NCBI GenBank assembly: GCA_038087875.1
Contig: CM075992.1
Coordinates: 1,736,001-1,800,000, forward strand
From: Malacoraja senta
Taxonomy: Eukaryota
Reading direction: 5' to 3'
Length of the DNA: 64,000 bases
Every line of letters begins with the position of its first letter. Position 1 is the stretch's first letter. The notes under the pieces are model-generated. The model made no database searches, had not been told where the DNA came from, and saw only the letters and a program-made list of their open reading frames with translations. The position numbers and the translations under genes are program-made. Of the stretch, positions 52,993 to 64,000 are shown piece after piece.

Positions 52993-53714
52993 GCTTGTTT
53001 CAACGAGAGCTGAGAATGTATCCAGAGGCAGATCTCATTGAGAAACCAGACCAGATTTCTTACTGGAGTAAGTTTGTGGATTAGTGTATAACCCCCACCA
53101 TCTTTCTCAACACTTCACCTGTTGTGAGTGAAGATACAATGAAAAACTGGATTGGAAGTAAAATAAAACTAAGAGGGAAAAATAAATAAACTAAGTGAGC
53201 AAATGTGGGCCACGCTGACCTTGCTAACAGAAATAATTAGGTACAGATAATGTTTGAAAACAAAACCATCAGTTAAATTGACAAGACATTTGGGTAGTGT
53301 GGTTCATTCTGATCCCTGGCAAACTGCAGCTTAACTGAACCCAGTCTCTCAACATGTCTGCAAATGAGACCATCACATCTGACATCCAAAGCTGATTTTG
53401 GCACTTTCCCCAAAGCCAAGGTTGATTCATATTCTCAGTTTTCTTTCCAGTTTCCTGAGAGTTGCAACCCTACTGGTAATATAGCTCACTGAATGGCGTT
53501 CCCTGCCCAACTCCTGACTCAGGATCATTCTAGGAACACTGGATGAGAAGGAAGCCATTTATCTCTTCGAGGGAGTCCTTCCTTTCAATTAAATCATGGC
53601 CAGTCTATACGGAAATTATAAACCAACGTAAACTTGTCTTCAATTGATATCCACGTAGCAGGAAACCCTGAAGATCAGGAGCAAGTGCTCTTAGCTAATT
53701 CTCGCATTATAACT

Positions 53715-53957
53715 TTATAAGTTCATAAGTTCTATGAGCAGAATAAGGCCGTTCAGCCCATCAAGTCCGCCATTCAATCATGGCTGATCTCTCTTTCCCT
53801 CTCAAACCCAATCTCCTGCCTTCGCCCCATAACCCCAGACACCCTTACTAATCAAGAATCTGTCAATCTCCGCCTTAAAAACATCCATTGGCCTCCACAG
53901 CCTTCTGTGGCAATGAATTCCAAAGATTCACCACCCTCTGAAAAAATAAATTCCTGC
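53715..53957 (-). mobile_element. CR1 LINE 3' end
   Basis: Reverse complement of the same 3' UTR. Confidence 0.82.
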
Positions 53958-54212
53958 TGAGATCAATTGATGCATTGATAGATCCTCCTGGCTGTGATTA
54001 ACTAATTGAGCAGAGACTGGGGACCAGACTTTAACTGAGCACTTTGAGATGAAAAAAACATCTTAACATAATGAATAAATTACCAAATCAAACTTAGTTC
54101 ATATTTGCCAGTTCAGTCATTGAATTAAGATAATTATTAACACTTCCACTGAATCAAATAATCAGAACTCAAATGCAGTTGAGAAACACAAATGCTCGTG
54201 TGGGATACTCAC

Positions 54213-54297
54213 AGAAACAGAGGAACAGTGTGTCCACACACATAGCATAGACACTGAAGAACCCATGTGCAACGAGATAGGAGCCAACCATAAGAGT
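54213..54297 (-). CDS. SLC44A2: SLC44A2 exon
   Basis: [28 protein letters not shown]; 85 nt, phase-1 donor GTGAGT. Confidence 0.96.
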
Positions 54298-54737
54298 CTG
54301 CAACACAGAACAGGAAGATTAAAGGCTCAGCCTACTTTACGACAACTACTAGATGATCCATTCGCCTCCAATATCATCGCAGTTAGATCAATTAAATATG
54401 GCAGAACAATATTATTAATCACAGATAACTTTCTCTACATTACTATTATTGACATGTATCTCATCACCTTGAGATTAGCAAACATTTCACAATTGCCAGT
54501 CACGATCATCCCTTAAATGTACCCTTTCTCCTCTAGTACTCTGAACACATCACATCTCCTCTGGGCTGCTACCCTTCGAAGCTTTAGCAGGTAGTTATTC
54601 TTGCTGTAGGACTGCAAGTGTTAGCACATGCTGATGGACTGCAGCTAAAATCAACCCTGGTTTCATCTGCTGTATGTACACACATGCACAGTGTGTGTAC
54701 ATACAACCTGTACAGTCACAGGCCTTCCCCAATCCAA

Positions 54738-54990
54738 TAGACAATAGGTGCAGGAGTAGGCCATTCAGCCCTTTAGAGCCAGCACCGCCATTCAATGTGA
54801 TCAAGGCTCATCATCCCCAATCAGTACCCCGTTCCTGCCTTCTCCCCATATCCCCTGACTCCACTATCTTTAAATGCCCTATCTAGCTCTCTCTTGAAAG
54901 TATCCAGAGAACCGACTTCCATCGCCCTCTGAGGCAGAGAATTCCACAGACTCACAACTCTGGGAGAAAAAGTGTTTCCTCGTCTCCGTT
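54738..54990 (-). mobile_element. CR1 LINE 3' end
   Basis: Reverse complement of the same 3' UTR. Confidence 0.82.
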
Positions 54991-55206
54991 CAATGTTCTG
55001 AACCCATATGTAAAACCAGCCAAGATCAGTTAACTAGCACAGTAAAGATTAAAGTTGTGGCACCTTGCTAATCTGTGCATCTCAGGTACTCATTGCGTAT
55101 CAGTGGAAAGCTAACAATGGCGCGCGTTCGGGGAGCTGTGCTATCAGAGACACAGCAGAAAAGTATGTGCGGACTGTGCCGCATTTGACATAAGTGACTC
55201 TCTCAC

Positions 55207-55295
55207 CATCAGTGGAAGCCAGTAATAATTCAGAGTCGGTGCCTTGTCCTCCAGTATCGATATTCGATTAGTGAAGAAGAAAAATCCAAGGATGC
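55207..55295 (-). CDS. SLC44A2: SLC44A2 exon
   Basis: (G)ILGFFFFTNRISILEDKAPTLNYYWLPLM; 89 nt. Confidence 0.95.
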
Positions 55296-55951
55296 CTGAT
55301 GAAGAGAACAAGATTAAATCACTGAGCGATCAACTTCAAAGCATAAGCCCACATCGACAGGTTGAGGAAATGACCTGAGCACACTCAGAATAATCCTCAC
55401 GATAACTGGGATCTGAACTAAACGTACATGTTAATGCCCTAGCCCCACCCCCAAGCCTTTACTGGTCCTGATCTTATATGGCTGCAGTGTTAATTTATGA
55501 TCTTCTACAGCAAGCGTTTGTAGTTTATTACACAGACTCTAGGTCCAAACCCAACTCCATGGAAAAATGATCAGCAAAGTGAACCCCAGCTTCTTCTGCC
55601 CTTGAACCCAGGACACAGACCTGCAGCAGCAGTCACTGTCTGGCCAAGATCAACAAATGTAGAGTGGAGCAGGTCCCAAGGAGCAGATTTCTATCTTTCT
55701 ACAGTCTGGAAACACTCCATGCCACATCAAGCTGTACATGGTCTTCTGGTGCTATCTTCATCAAACTGCTCCTGCTCAGTGACCACAGAACTGTCCCAGC
55801 AAGGGCGCAGGAATGGGAAACTTCCCAGCAAGAAAGGCAAAGATGGGAGGCCCCCCTGACGTGGGAGCGTGGACCTGCCAGGCAGGGAGAGGGAGGCAGG
55901 TAGTCCTGTCCAAGGTGTGGAAGCAAAGGTGGAATAATTGTGTGTACTGAC

Positions 55952-56022
55952 CCACTGCTCCAACAATGAGTAGCTTGCCAAGGAGCAGAAGGAAATCCGT
56001 GACTTTGTCCAGAACCACCACT
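55952..56022 (-). CDS. SLC44A2: SLC44A2 exon
   Basis: VVVLDKVTDFLLLLGKLLIVGAV; 71 nt. Confidence 0.96.
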
Positions 56023-56170
56023 CTGTGGGGGAGAAGATAGATCAACACCGATTAACGAATTGCAACCAAATTGTTTCAGTAAATCCCCCTCAACACTCCC
56101 TGTTCCCCCGTCCACACACAGTTGCCGTTTCTCACACTCAACAATCTACGTTACACCTGTTCATACCTAC

Positions 56171-56244
56171 CGGATGATATTTCTCATCAGCAGGAAGAAT
56201 GCATTCTTTGCCGAAGTGCAGAAGTTGTTCCCATAAATTGCAAT
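56171..56244 (-). CDS. SLC44A2: SLC44A2 exon
   Basis: IAIYGNNFCTSAKNAFFLLMRNIIR; 74 nt. Confidence 0.96.
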
Positions 56245-56310
56245 CTGGTGAAGCAAGAGAAAGAGTGATAGCAATGATGGTGAAAATGATGGGTTTATTC
56301 ATTTGTATCA

Positions 56311-56460
56311 TCTCTTCTTCTTCTTCTTCTTGCGTATGGCGTGCACAGCCTAAAGTTGGAGGACAATTTGTTCTATTTGATCTTATTTGATTGAGCACAC
56401 CAGGTTGATTGCATTCGTCAATACAGTGCGGACCACGTGAAGGTTGCAATCTCTCACCCC
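56311..56460 (-). mobile_element. Short retroposon with (GAA)n tail
   Basis: (TTC)n tail on the plus strand; near-perfect 10-bp TSD CATTTGTATC (56300-56309) / CATTTATATC (56461-56470). Confidence 0.65.
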
Positions 56461-56942
56461 CATTTATATCTGTAGTGGCCCCTATCACATGTGCTACGTT
56501 CTATTTATTACCTCAAACAGTTAAGTGTTTTTCCCTCCTCTCTATCCTGTGCCCCTCCATCCCACCGCACACCCATTTCTCCAACAGACCCCCCCTTTCC
56601 CCCCGCCCGCTGCCCCCTTCCACTTCTATCCCTCTCTCTGGCTTTACATTTCACTTCTCTTTTGGGGTTCCAGTTAGAGTTTTAAAGCAAAGCAGACAAA
56701 TGAACAGAGAAAAACAGGCACAGTCATCATCTGAAATAAAAATAACATGATCTGCACCAGGGAGGGGATAAGGTTTGTGCAACAGGGAGACGGAGACAAC
56801 ACCCAGATAAAGGACTGGCATAGACTCATTGCTATAGATAGGAAATCTCAGAAACAGCAATGTTAATGACCAATTTTTATACTGGCAAGGCCAAGCTGAA
56901 TAATTCCCACTTGTCAATAAAAAACATAATGTAAACACTCAC

Positions 56943-57046
56943 CATGATATACGCATTCCTGTTCAAAAACTTCAAGAATTTCTCCAGACACCAGAAGCAA
57001 CATTTCATGCAGGATAATATGAATTTTGCAACTTTATTCTGCGCAG
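56943..57046 (-). CDS. SLC44A2: SLC44A2 exon
   Basis: (A)[34 protein letters not shown]; 104 nt. Confidence 0.96.
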
Positions 57047-58209
57047 CTGCAAACCATAATAGAAACAGAATACAACTGTTATCCTGTTCTCAACAGAATG
57101 GACACCAGCCCATCCAACCTCAACAGATCACCCAGTCCAAGTCAAAAACAATCTCAGAAATAAAAGAGAATTTACCTCTGACTTTCTGATCTATAAAAGA
57201 GAAATCAGGGATATGGAGATTTCATAGGTTATATGCTTCCAGTTGTGATTTTAGTCAACAGCAAAGTAAGTTTAAGATGCAAGAGGAACTACACATCTGC
57301 TCCCAATATTATTAATTACGGCATCAACTCTATATTAGCCTTCAATCGAAGAGTAACACTGCGTTTATAGTGTTCCATTGCCAAGGCATAATTTCTGTTG
57401 CATTCATAGTTTTTTTTCCATCTTCTGTACGTTGGTTGCTCACGTCAGTTATGTGAATATTTACATCACAAGCAGAGGACTCGGCCTCTGCCCACCCACT
57501 GCCTGTCAAAGCCACAGGACAGGACACCGAAGGGAATCGGTGAATCCTAGCAACCCAGCATCTAACCTTCGGAAGTCTGTGCATTTCTGTAAAGTAAACC
57601 AAACTCGACCAAAGAACTAGTAGGGCCAGTGCAAGGTTGCCGCCATGCCTTGCCCTGGGGAGGAACAAATTATCAGGAGTGTTTCTAGACTACTGCATGT
57701 CTATTAGTCCATGCTGGAAGAGCATTGGATCAGTCTCAGATCTCACCCTCCTCACTGGTAACAAACTATTGGCACTATATATAAAGGCACAAAAATTGTC
57801 CATCTGATTATTTATTTGCATATGCAGAACCCCACTCTAGTGCGTGGAAGCAACATCAACGTGGGGGAGCAGGGTAATTAGTGAGATATTGGCCCCATAG
57901 CAGAAGCGTCCACGTCACGGGGCTGGAATCTGGAAGTATCCCGAGCTAATTCTGCTACCACCATCATCTATTGCGTCTTGTTACAAAGGTTGACCTCGCT
58001 GTCATCTTCCGTCCTGAAAAGGATGTAAGCTTCCGGCGACAATCAGTGGAAGTGATCTTTTCACGTCCATCTTGTTACAAAGGTTGACCTTGAGGTCAAC
58101 CTTTGTAACAAGATGGACGTGAAAAGATGAAGAGTGAGATATTAGTGAGATAGTGTTTGTGGGTGCATTATGCCCATGGAGATAAAAGGGAAAGTTTAAA
58201 TGGTTATAC

Positions 58210-58304
58210 CTCTGACTTTCTGATCTATATATTCCAATATAACTCTGATGGTCTGGACAATGGCCAAGATGAGAGACCCAAACGCCAAGGAGCCGACATG
58301 GTAT
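58210..58304 (-). CDS. SLC44A2: SLC44A2 exon
   Basis: YHVGSLAFGSLILAIVQTIRVILEYIDQKVR; 95 nt. Confidence 0.95.
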
Positions 58305-59759
58305 CTGCAGGTACAGAGAGATGCAGTTAAAACGAATGGGAAAGATAACATCAAAAGCATTCCAAAGTCAGATAGGAATTACAAATCGTAGCAATGGGTA
58401 ACGTATAGCTTTGTCCCAGGTCAGCAATTCCTGCACCATTAAAGCCTACAACAGCCCCATCTCAAGCACAAGAAGCCAGTGAGATTCCCTCCTCTCGAGG
58501 AAGTGTTTCTCACCAATGAGTAGAGATTTAAACCCAGATATTTATTTTGTGAATGTTGATCTAAACACCTTCTGAACACAATTCAACGAAACATGCTTGA
58601 AATATAGAAAAAGTATATAGAAAGACTGGATATACTAACCATGTGCAGCATAGCTTAAATAAATAAAACAATCTGCTGGAGGAACTCAGTGGGTCATGAA
58701 ACATTTGTGGAGGGTAAGGAATTGTCAATGTTTTGGGTTGAAATCCTGCATCAGTAGCCCATAGATGCTGCTCGAACCATTGAGTTCCTCCAGCAGATTG
58801 TTCGTTTCTCCAGATTCCAGCATCTGCAGTCTCTGCCCCAATGATGATAGAAAATCCGCACTTGGTTTCATCTTGTGATCTCCACCATTTCTTGATTTCA
58901 GTCATTACATCCACCTTTTCTCATCTCCACTCCATATGTATGGGTCACCGTGTCTCTTTACTATTTTACCTTCCCCATTCTTTGCTCCTTCTGAAATGCT
59001 GCTCCTCTTACAAAGCCAACTAGGCCTGAAATTCTAAAGTGCACCTGCACTTGTTCAACAAGCCAGTGGGCGGCGCACACAGCAAATGCAAAGCAACATG
59101 CTCCGGCCTGTATAATGATTTGTTAGAACGTTAACAGAAGCAGACTCATACAGGCTCACTTCAGCACCACATAACAACACCTCGTATTCCACTTGGGGCG
59201 CTAACAATCCAATGGTATTGTTTTGTTTAGTTATACAGTGCGGAAACAGGCCCACCGAGTCTGGCTTATCTTACATTACATGATGTAATGGGCCATCTCC
59301 ACCCATTCAGGAGGCCAAATTCAAGATAAAGCACTATTGATTTTTCTCCCCTTCATTCTTTCCTGATTTTCTCATTTTTCTCCCCTTCATTCCCCCCCCT
59401 CCCCCCCCCCATGGTCACCTTTTACCTGCCATGCTTTGTCCTGCCTCTCCTCTCTTCCTGCTTTCAACCCCCCCCCCCCCCACTCCCTCACACAATCAGT
59501 CTGAAGTTCCAACCCGAAACGTCACTTATTCATGTTCTCCTGGGATGCTGCGACCCGCTGGGTTATTCCAGCACTGTCTATTTTTGTAAACCAGTGTCTG
59601 CGGTTCCTCGTTTCTACAATAGATCTTCCGATAGCTCAGGAGGTCAAGGGACATGGAACAAAGGTAAACATTGCTGATGTGCAATCAGACAACGTCCGAT
59701 TGAATGCTGGTGTTGGTGTGAGGTGCTGGAAAGTCACTTACTGTGTCCTAAACTCTTAC

Positions 59760-60022
59760 CTGAGAGCTCGTCCCATTGAAGCCATCACAGGAAACGTTGG
59801 TATGTCTGCTGGTTTATTGAAGGCCCAATAGTAGGAGGCAAATGCACCCGCTAAGACAATTTCTCCCAGGGCAATGATAAAATTGACGAGCCAGAAAAAG
59901 AGGAAGACGTTGTAGAATTGAAACACTATGAGGTACCGATGATAATAGGTCTCGCCGCCATATAATGCAAATGAACATTGCGCTTCTGCACACTCTTTTT
60001 TCATAATAGAATTAATGAAAGT
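59760..60022 (-). CDS. SLC44A2: SLC44A2 exon
   Basis: TFINS...CSFALYGGETYYHRYLIVFQFYNVFLFFWLVNFIIALGEIVLAGAFASYYWAFNKPADIP...GRALR. Confidence 0.95.
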
Positions 60023-60779
60023 CTGCAATGAAGAGAGATCACAGATTATAGTACGACTTGGATCATAGAACTAATTACCGCATAAATCGTGTTGCATAAA
60101 TGCTCTGACACTGGGTTGTAGTTGAGAGCAGTGAAAGGAAATCATCAATCATGTCTTCTCCATTATAAGCCATTTCTGGACATTTCTCCAATCAGATTAA
60201 CACCAGCATGAACATTTCACTATTGCGATAAAATGTTAACCGAGTATTTCCATCATAATCTGTTCCAATTTATTATTTGACATTTTACACATGCAATACC
60301 AAGAACCTTCTTCCAGCCCAACTCTTCCGCAGATGCATGACTCAATACAGCACTAGATCAGATAGATCAATGCCAGCTTGTTGAGGCGTGAACCACATAA
60401 GGGGAATTTGAAGCCGGAAGATTAAGCAGAAGCCAGTTTATCAGTCCTACACCAGAAAATGGATTTGAAGGAAATGTAATTAAAGCTGCATTAGATGCTG
60501 TATTGGTTCAATACAGCTATGGACAGGGACAAAAAAAAGCCACAAAGTGCTGGAGTAACTCAAAGGGCCAGGCAGCATCCTTGGACCACATGGATAGGTG
60601 ATGTTTCAAGTCATGACCCTTCTACAGACTTCAAACAGGGCGTACTGGGCTGTAGTATGTTCTTACTGGATGAGGTTTGGTCTCAAATCACCAAGGTGAG
60701 GCATAATCCTAAGAGAGGAACTAAGTGGGGGAAAACTGTTGAACTTGTTGCATTGACACAAGCTATTTGGCTCCACAGC

Positions 60780-61320
60780 ACAGTGTCAGTTCCGCACCAC
60801 TATACTGGTGAGCTTTGAACGATCGGTTGCATGCCATTTTAACTCTCCTTCTTACTTTAACACCAAGCTGTCTGTCCTCAGCCTTCTCCATTGCTATGAA
60901 GAGGCCAAACACAAATTGATAAACAATATTCCTTATTGTTATCTTACAACCAAATGGCGGGAATATACAATTTGCCAATTTCATGCATCCCACACCCCCC
61001 AATGTTCTCTTCCCTCACGCTCTCACCTGTCCACCTAGTTTTCTCCTCCCTTTGTTCTCTATTCCCATCCCTTCCCCATATCCGTTTCAGCTGCCCATCG
61101 TCCCCACCCCAACTGGTTCCAACTATCACCTACTAGCTTCTATCCCACCGATCCTTGCACTGCTATATAATGGCAATCTTTCCCCTTCCCTCTCCATCCT
61201 GGTGCAGTCTTAACCCAATGCTGCGATTTATACATTTGCCTCTACAGATGCTGCTCGACCCGCCGTGTTATTCCAACGTCCTGTTCTTTGTTCCAGATTC
61301 CAACATTTGCAGTCTCTTTC
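60780..61320 (+). mobile_element. Penelope-like element 3' remnant (GIY-YIG endonuclease C-terminus plus terminal repeat)
   Basis: Translation VACHFNSPSYFNTKLSVLSLLHCYEEAKHKL, then frameshifted LQPNG.NI.F.NF, then a pyrimidine-rich spacer and a diverged copy of the short repeat (CAGATGCTGC...TTCCAGATTCCAACATTTGCAG). Confidence 0.75.
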
Positions 61321-61635
61321 GCCTTCATCCTCCCAGCTCGCCCCATCACATTCCTTTCTTCCTCATTTTTATGGCAACGCAGGACAAATGTGGCGATTCA
61401 CCGCCACCACTCCCCATAAGCAAGAGTTCCATATGATCAATATTCATCGAGCATTGCATTTGAAGACACCTGTAAAACTCAGCCGGGCTTGTTTCCCCAC
61501 CAGCACCCAGTGCCCGGCTGCCAAATCATAATGCGGGAGCCCCCGGGGCTGGAATCAGATTCAAGTTCAACCAGAAGCAAAAGAATAAGTGTAAAACATC
61601 TCCCTCAGCATTGGTTTACAGGAAAGAGCACTCAC

Positions 61636-61723
61636 TTTCGGGTCGCAGGTCTTCGTCGTGTAGTTGCAATTTTTGTCATCGGCAAACACTTTATAAACTG
61701 CTTCGTTGGATGTTGCTAGGTAG
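61636..61723 (-). CDS. SLC44A2: SLC44A2 (choline transporter-like 2) internal exon
   Basis: YLATSNEAVYKVFADDKNCNYTTKTCDPK (human FLSTSNEAVYKIF...KTCNPE); upstream exons lie beyond the window. Confidence 0.9.
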
Positions 61724-61737
61724 CTTTCATAAATGCA

Positions 61738-61746
61738 GTCAAGGAA
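61738..61746 (-). promoter_or_regulatory. SLC44A2: U12-type (minor spliceosome) branch site
   Basis: TTCCTTGAC with branch A about 15 nt upstream of an AAG acceptor that has no pyrimidine tract. Confidence 0.75.
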
Positions 61747-61905
61747 ATGGAGGATTTGAAATTCAAAACAGGAAGCTGGGTTTTATAAAAATGACAGAAA
61801 ACAACAGCATTTCCACACGCAGTGGTGACCACAAATGGTTGACCAATATGCAATTATGCTGCCTTCATTACTCTGACAGTGCTGCACAGTATTCAGCAGT
61901 CAGCG

Positions 61906-62202
61906 TTTTTAGTTTAGATATACAGCACGGAAACAGGCCCTTCGGCCCATCAAGTCCACGCTGACCAACGATCCCCACACACTAACACTATCCTATACAC
62001 GTTAGGGACAATTTACAACTTTATTTTTACTGAAGCCAATTAACCGACAAACCTGTGCGTCTTTGGAGTGTGGGAGGAAACCAGGGCACCCGGATAAAAC
62101 CCACGCAGGTCACAGGAAGACCGTACAAAAGCCGTACAGTCAGATCCCGGATCAAACCTGGGTCTCTGGCGCTGTAAGGCTGCAACTCTACCGCTGTGCC
62201 AC
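61906..62202 (-). mobile_element. tRNA-derived SINE
   Basis: Reverse-complement copy of the same family. Confidence 0.78.
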
Positions 62203-62625
62203 CATGCCACCCCTTACTGATGTGACCTGCTTTGCAGTGCACTATTTAAGCAGATGGCCTCAGACATTGTCCGCCCAGAAGAGTAAGGAATGACTAACAG
62301 CTAACACACCAAGAAAACACAGATGAACTCAGGCAAATCAAAAACACATGTGAGCCACGCAACCTTGTCCATTGTTCAATAAGATCACGGCTGACCAGAA
62401 TGTCTCTATTCTGCATTCCTGCCTTCCCCCAGGAACTTTTTACTACTACTCTTCACCACCTCACTGATCGAGACTCTCTATCTCAGTCATAAAGACATTC
62501 AAAGAGTCTGCTTCCATGACCTTGAGAGCAAATAAAATTGTTGGCTCATTACTGTCATAAATAGGTAAACCTATATTTGTAAACTGTTCTATATTATTCT
62601 ACAGTAGATACATATTTGCTTTGTT

Positions 62626-62858
62626 CAGTTTTGAGATACAGCATAGAAACAGACCCATCAGCAATCACCCATACAATTTTGCAGAAGCCAATTAACCTCC
62701 AAACCTGCATGCCTTTGAATGAGGGAGAAAAATGGAGCACCCAGAGAAAGCCTACACAATCACAGGGAGAATGTACAAACTCCATACAGACAGCACCCAT
62801 AGTCAGGTATGAACCTAGGTCTCTGGTGCTGAAGGGCAGCATCTATACCGCTGTGCCA
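62626..62858 (-). mobile_element. tRNA-derived SINE
   Basis: Reverse-complement copy with an internal deletion. Confidence 0.7.
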
Positions 62859-64000
62859 ATGTGATATTCATCACATCCACCCATCCGAATGCTGCGTCCT
62901 ACACCACGAGCTTTAATTTCTACAATAGCTTTTGATGAGGCACCTTACCAAATCCCCTCTGGAAATCCAAGTCTTGTACATGCATTGTTTCCCCTTTATC
63001 CATAACAAGTAACTTCAAAGAACTGCATCAACTGATGACATTGTCTGACTATCTTGAAATTTTCCCCAAGTGCCCAGCTACAATGTTTTTAATAATAGTC
63101 TCTAACATTTTTTTTTTTTAAATGGCAGATGTTTAGCTCACGAACCCGAAGTGTTTACACCAGATTGACGAGACATTGCAGGAGGAAGAGGAAGATGTAA
63201 AAAGCAACGAGCCATTCATTCCAGATCCTCAAGAACAGGAGCCCCACAGAACTCCTTGAACACTTCAAGAATTTGAAGAGAACTCCTTGCGAGAGATATG
63301 CTACAAAGTAGTGCATAATCCTGAAATGGTTCCCAGAAACTCCATTAACTTTGCCCTCCCAGTCCTCCCCCAACCACTTTGTGTCCACTTACACAACACA
63401 CTTGTAGGGTTTCTAGACCTCGACAACGTCCTATGAAGTGTTACAGACTTAATTATTATAACCCAACACTATACTTGTAAGCGGACTATAAATAATGCTC
63501 TGAAAGTTAAAAGACACCCTCTCTCATCAACAGCAGACTGAGTCACCACTTCAGTCCTCAATCTCAGCCAGATCACAAGGTTTTCTTCAGAAATGTTAAG
63601 ACTTAATAGGATATGTCCACTTATCTTCATCCTTCAACTAGGCAAAATTATGAAAGTAATTCGTTATTATGCACACCACCTTCACGTTTCAGGTCCACCA
63701 TCTGATGCATCTTGACTTAATGTCCGAGGTTTACCATTTGCAAAGCTTACAAGTGTTCATCCTAAGGCCCACTTAAGAACACTTACAGTTACATACACTA
63801 ATAGATGGTGCAGAGCTACTCAACAAGATTGTTAGGGCACTCAATAATTTCCTCTAGCTTCAAACAGAATACTTAGGCAGCAGTTGCATTAGGGTCATTA
63901 TAGCACTTAGATCAATATGTAGCCTCACGGTTACTTTTTAAATTGCAGCCAACTCTTTAACACTGCATGTGTAGGAAAGAACTGCAGATGCTGATTTAAA

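Noticed and set aside
63608-63614. ATATCCT on the minus strand as a possible U12 donor
   Set aside because: It lacks the following TT, no SLC44A2-like coding sequence precedes it, and the acceptor is AG.

Overview
Vertebrate genomic DNA, most likely a cartilaginous fish such as a skate or ray (inferred from the repeat families). It holds two minus-strand genes in the same order as human 19p13.2. First, a complete ILF3 gene: CpG-island promoter near 44.6 kb, and 19 coding exons that splice in frame to an NF110-type protein of about 901 aa ending YQYR*. An alternative terminal exon at 11973-12016 gives an NF90-type protein of about 699 aa. Second, the 3' half of SLC44A2 (CTL2): 8 internal exons, two duplicated alternative terminal exons and a U12-type branch site. 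Introns are filled with CR1 LINE fragments, tRNA-derived SINEs, a nested hAT/Tc2-like pair, and more than 25 copies of a short Penelope-derived repeat carrying a minimal hammerhead-ribozyme core, often as head-to-head inverted pairs. The most notable unexplained signals are: a multi-helix long-range RNA duplex in an ILF3 intron that links a stop-containing upstream 3' splice site to the branch region of the productive one (candidate dsRNA-sensing autoregulatory NMD switch); an in-frame, stop-interrupted N-terminal extension in the ILF3 ATG exon; and a 15-nt candidate microexon in SLC44A2 made by a templated copy of the preceding exon's end. All coordinates and splice phases were read by hand; no database searches were run.
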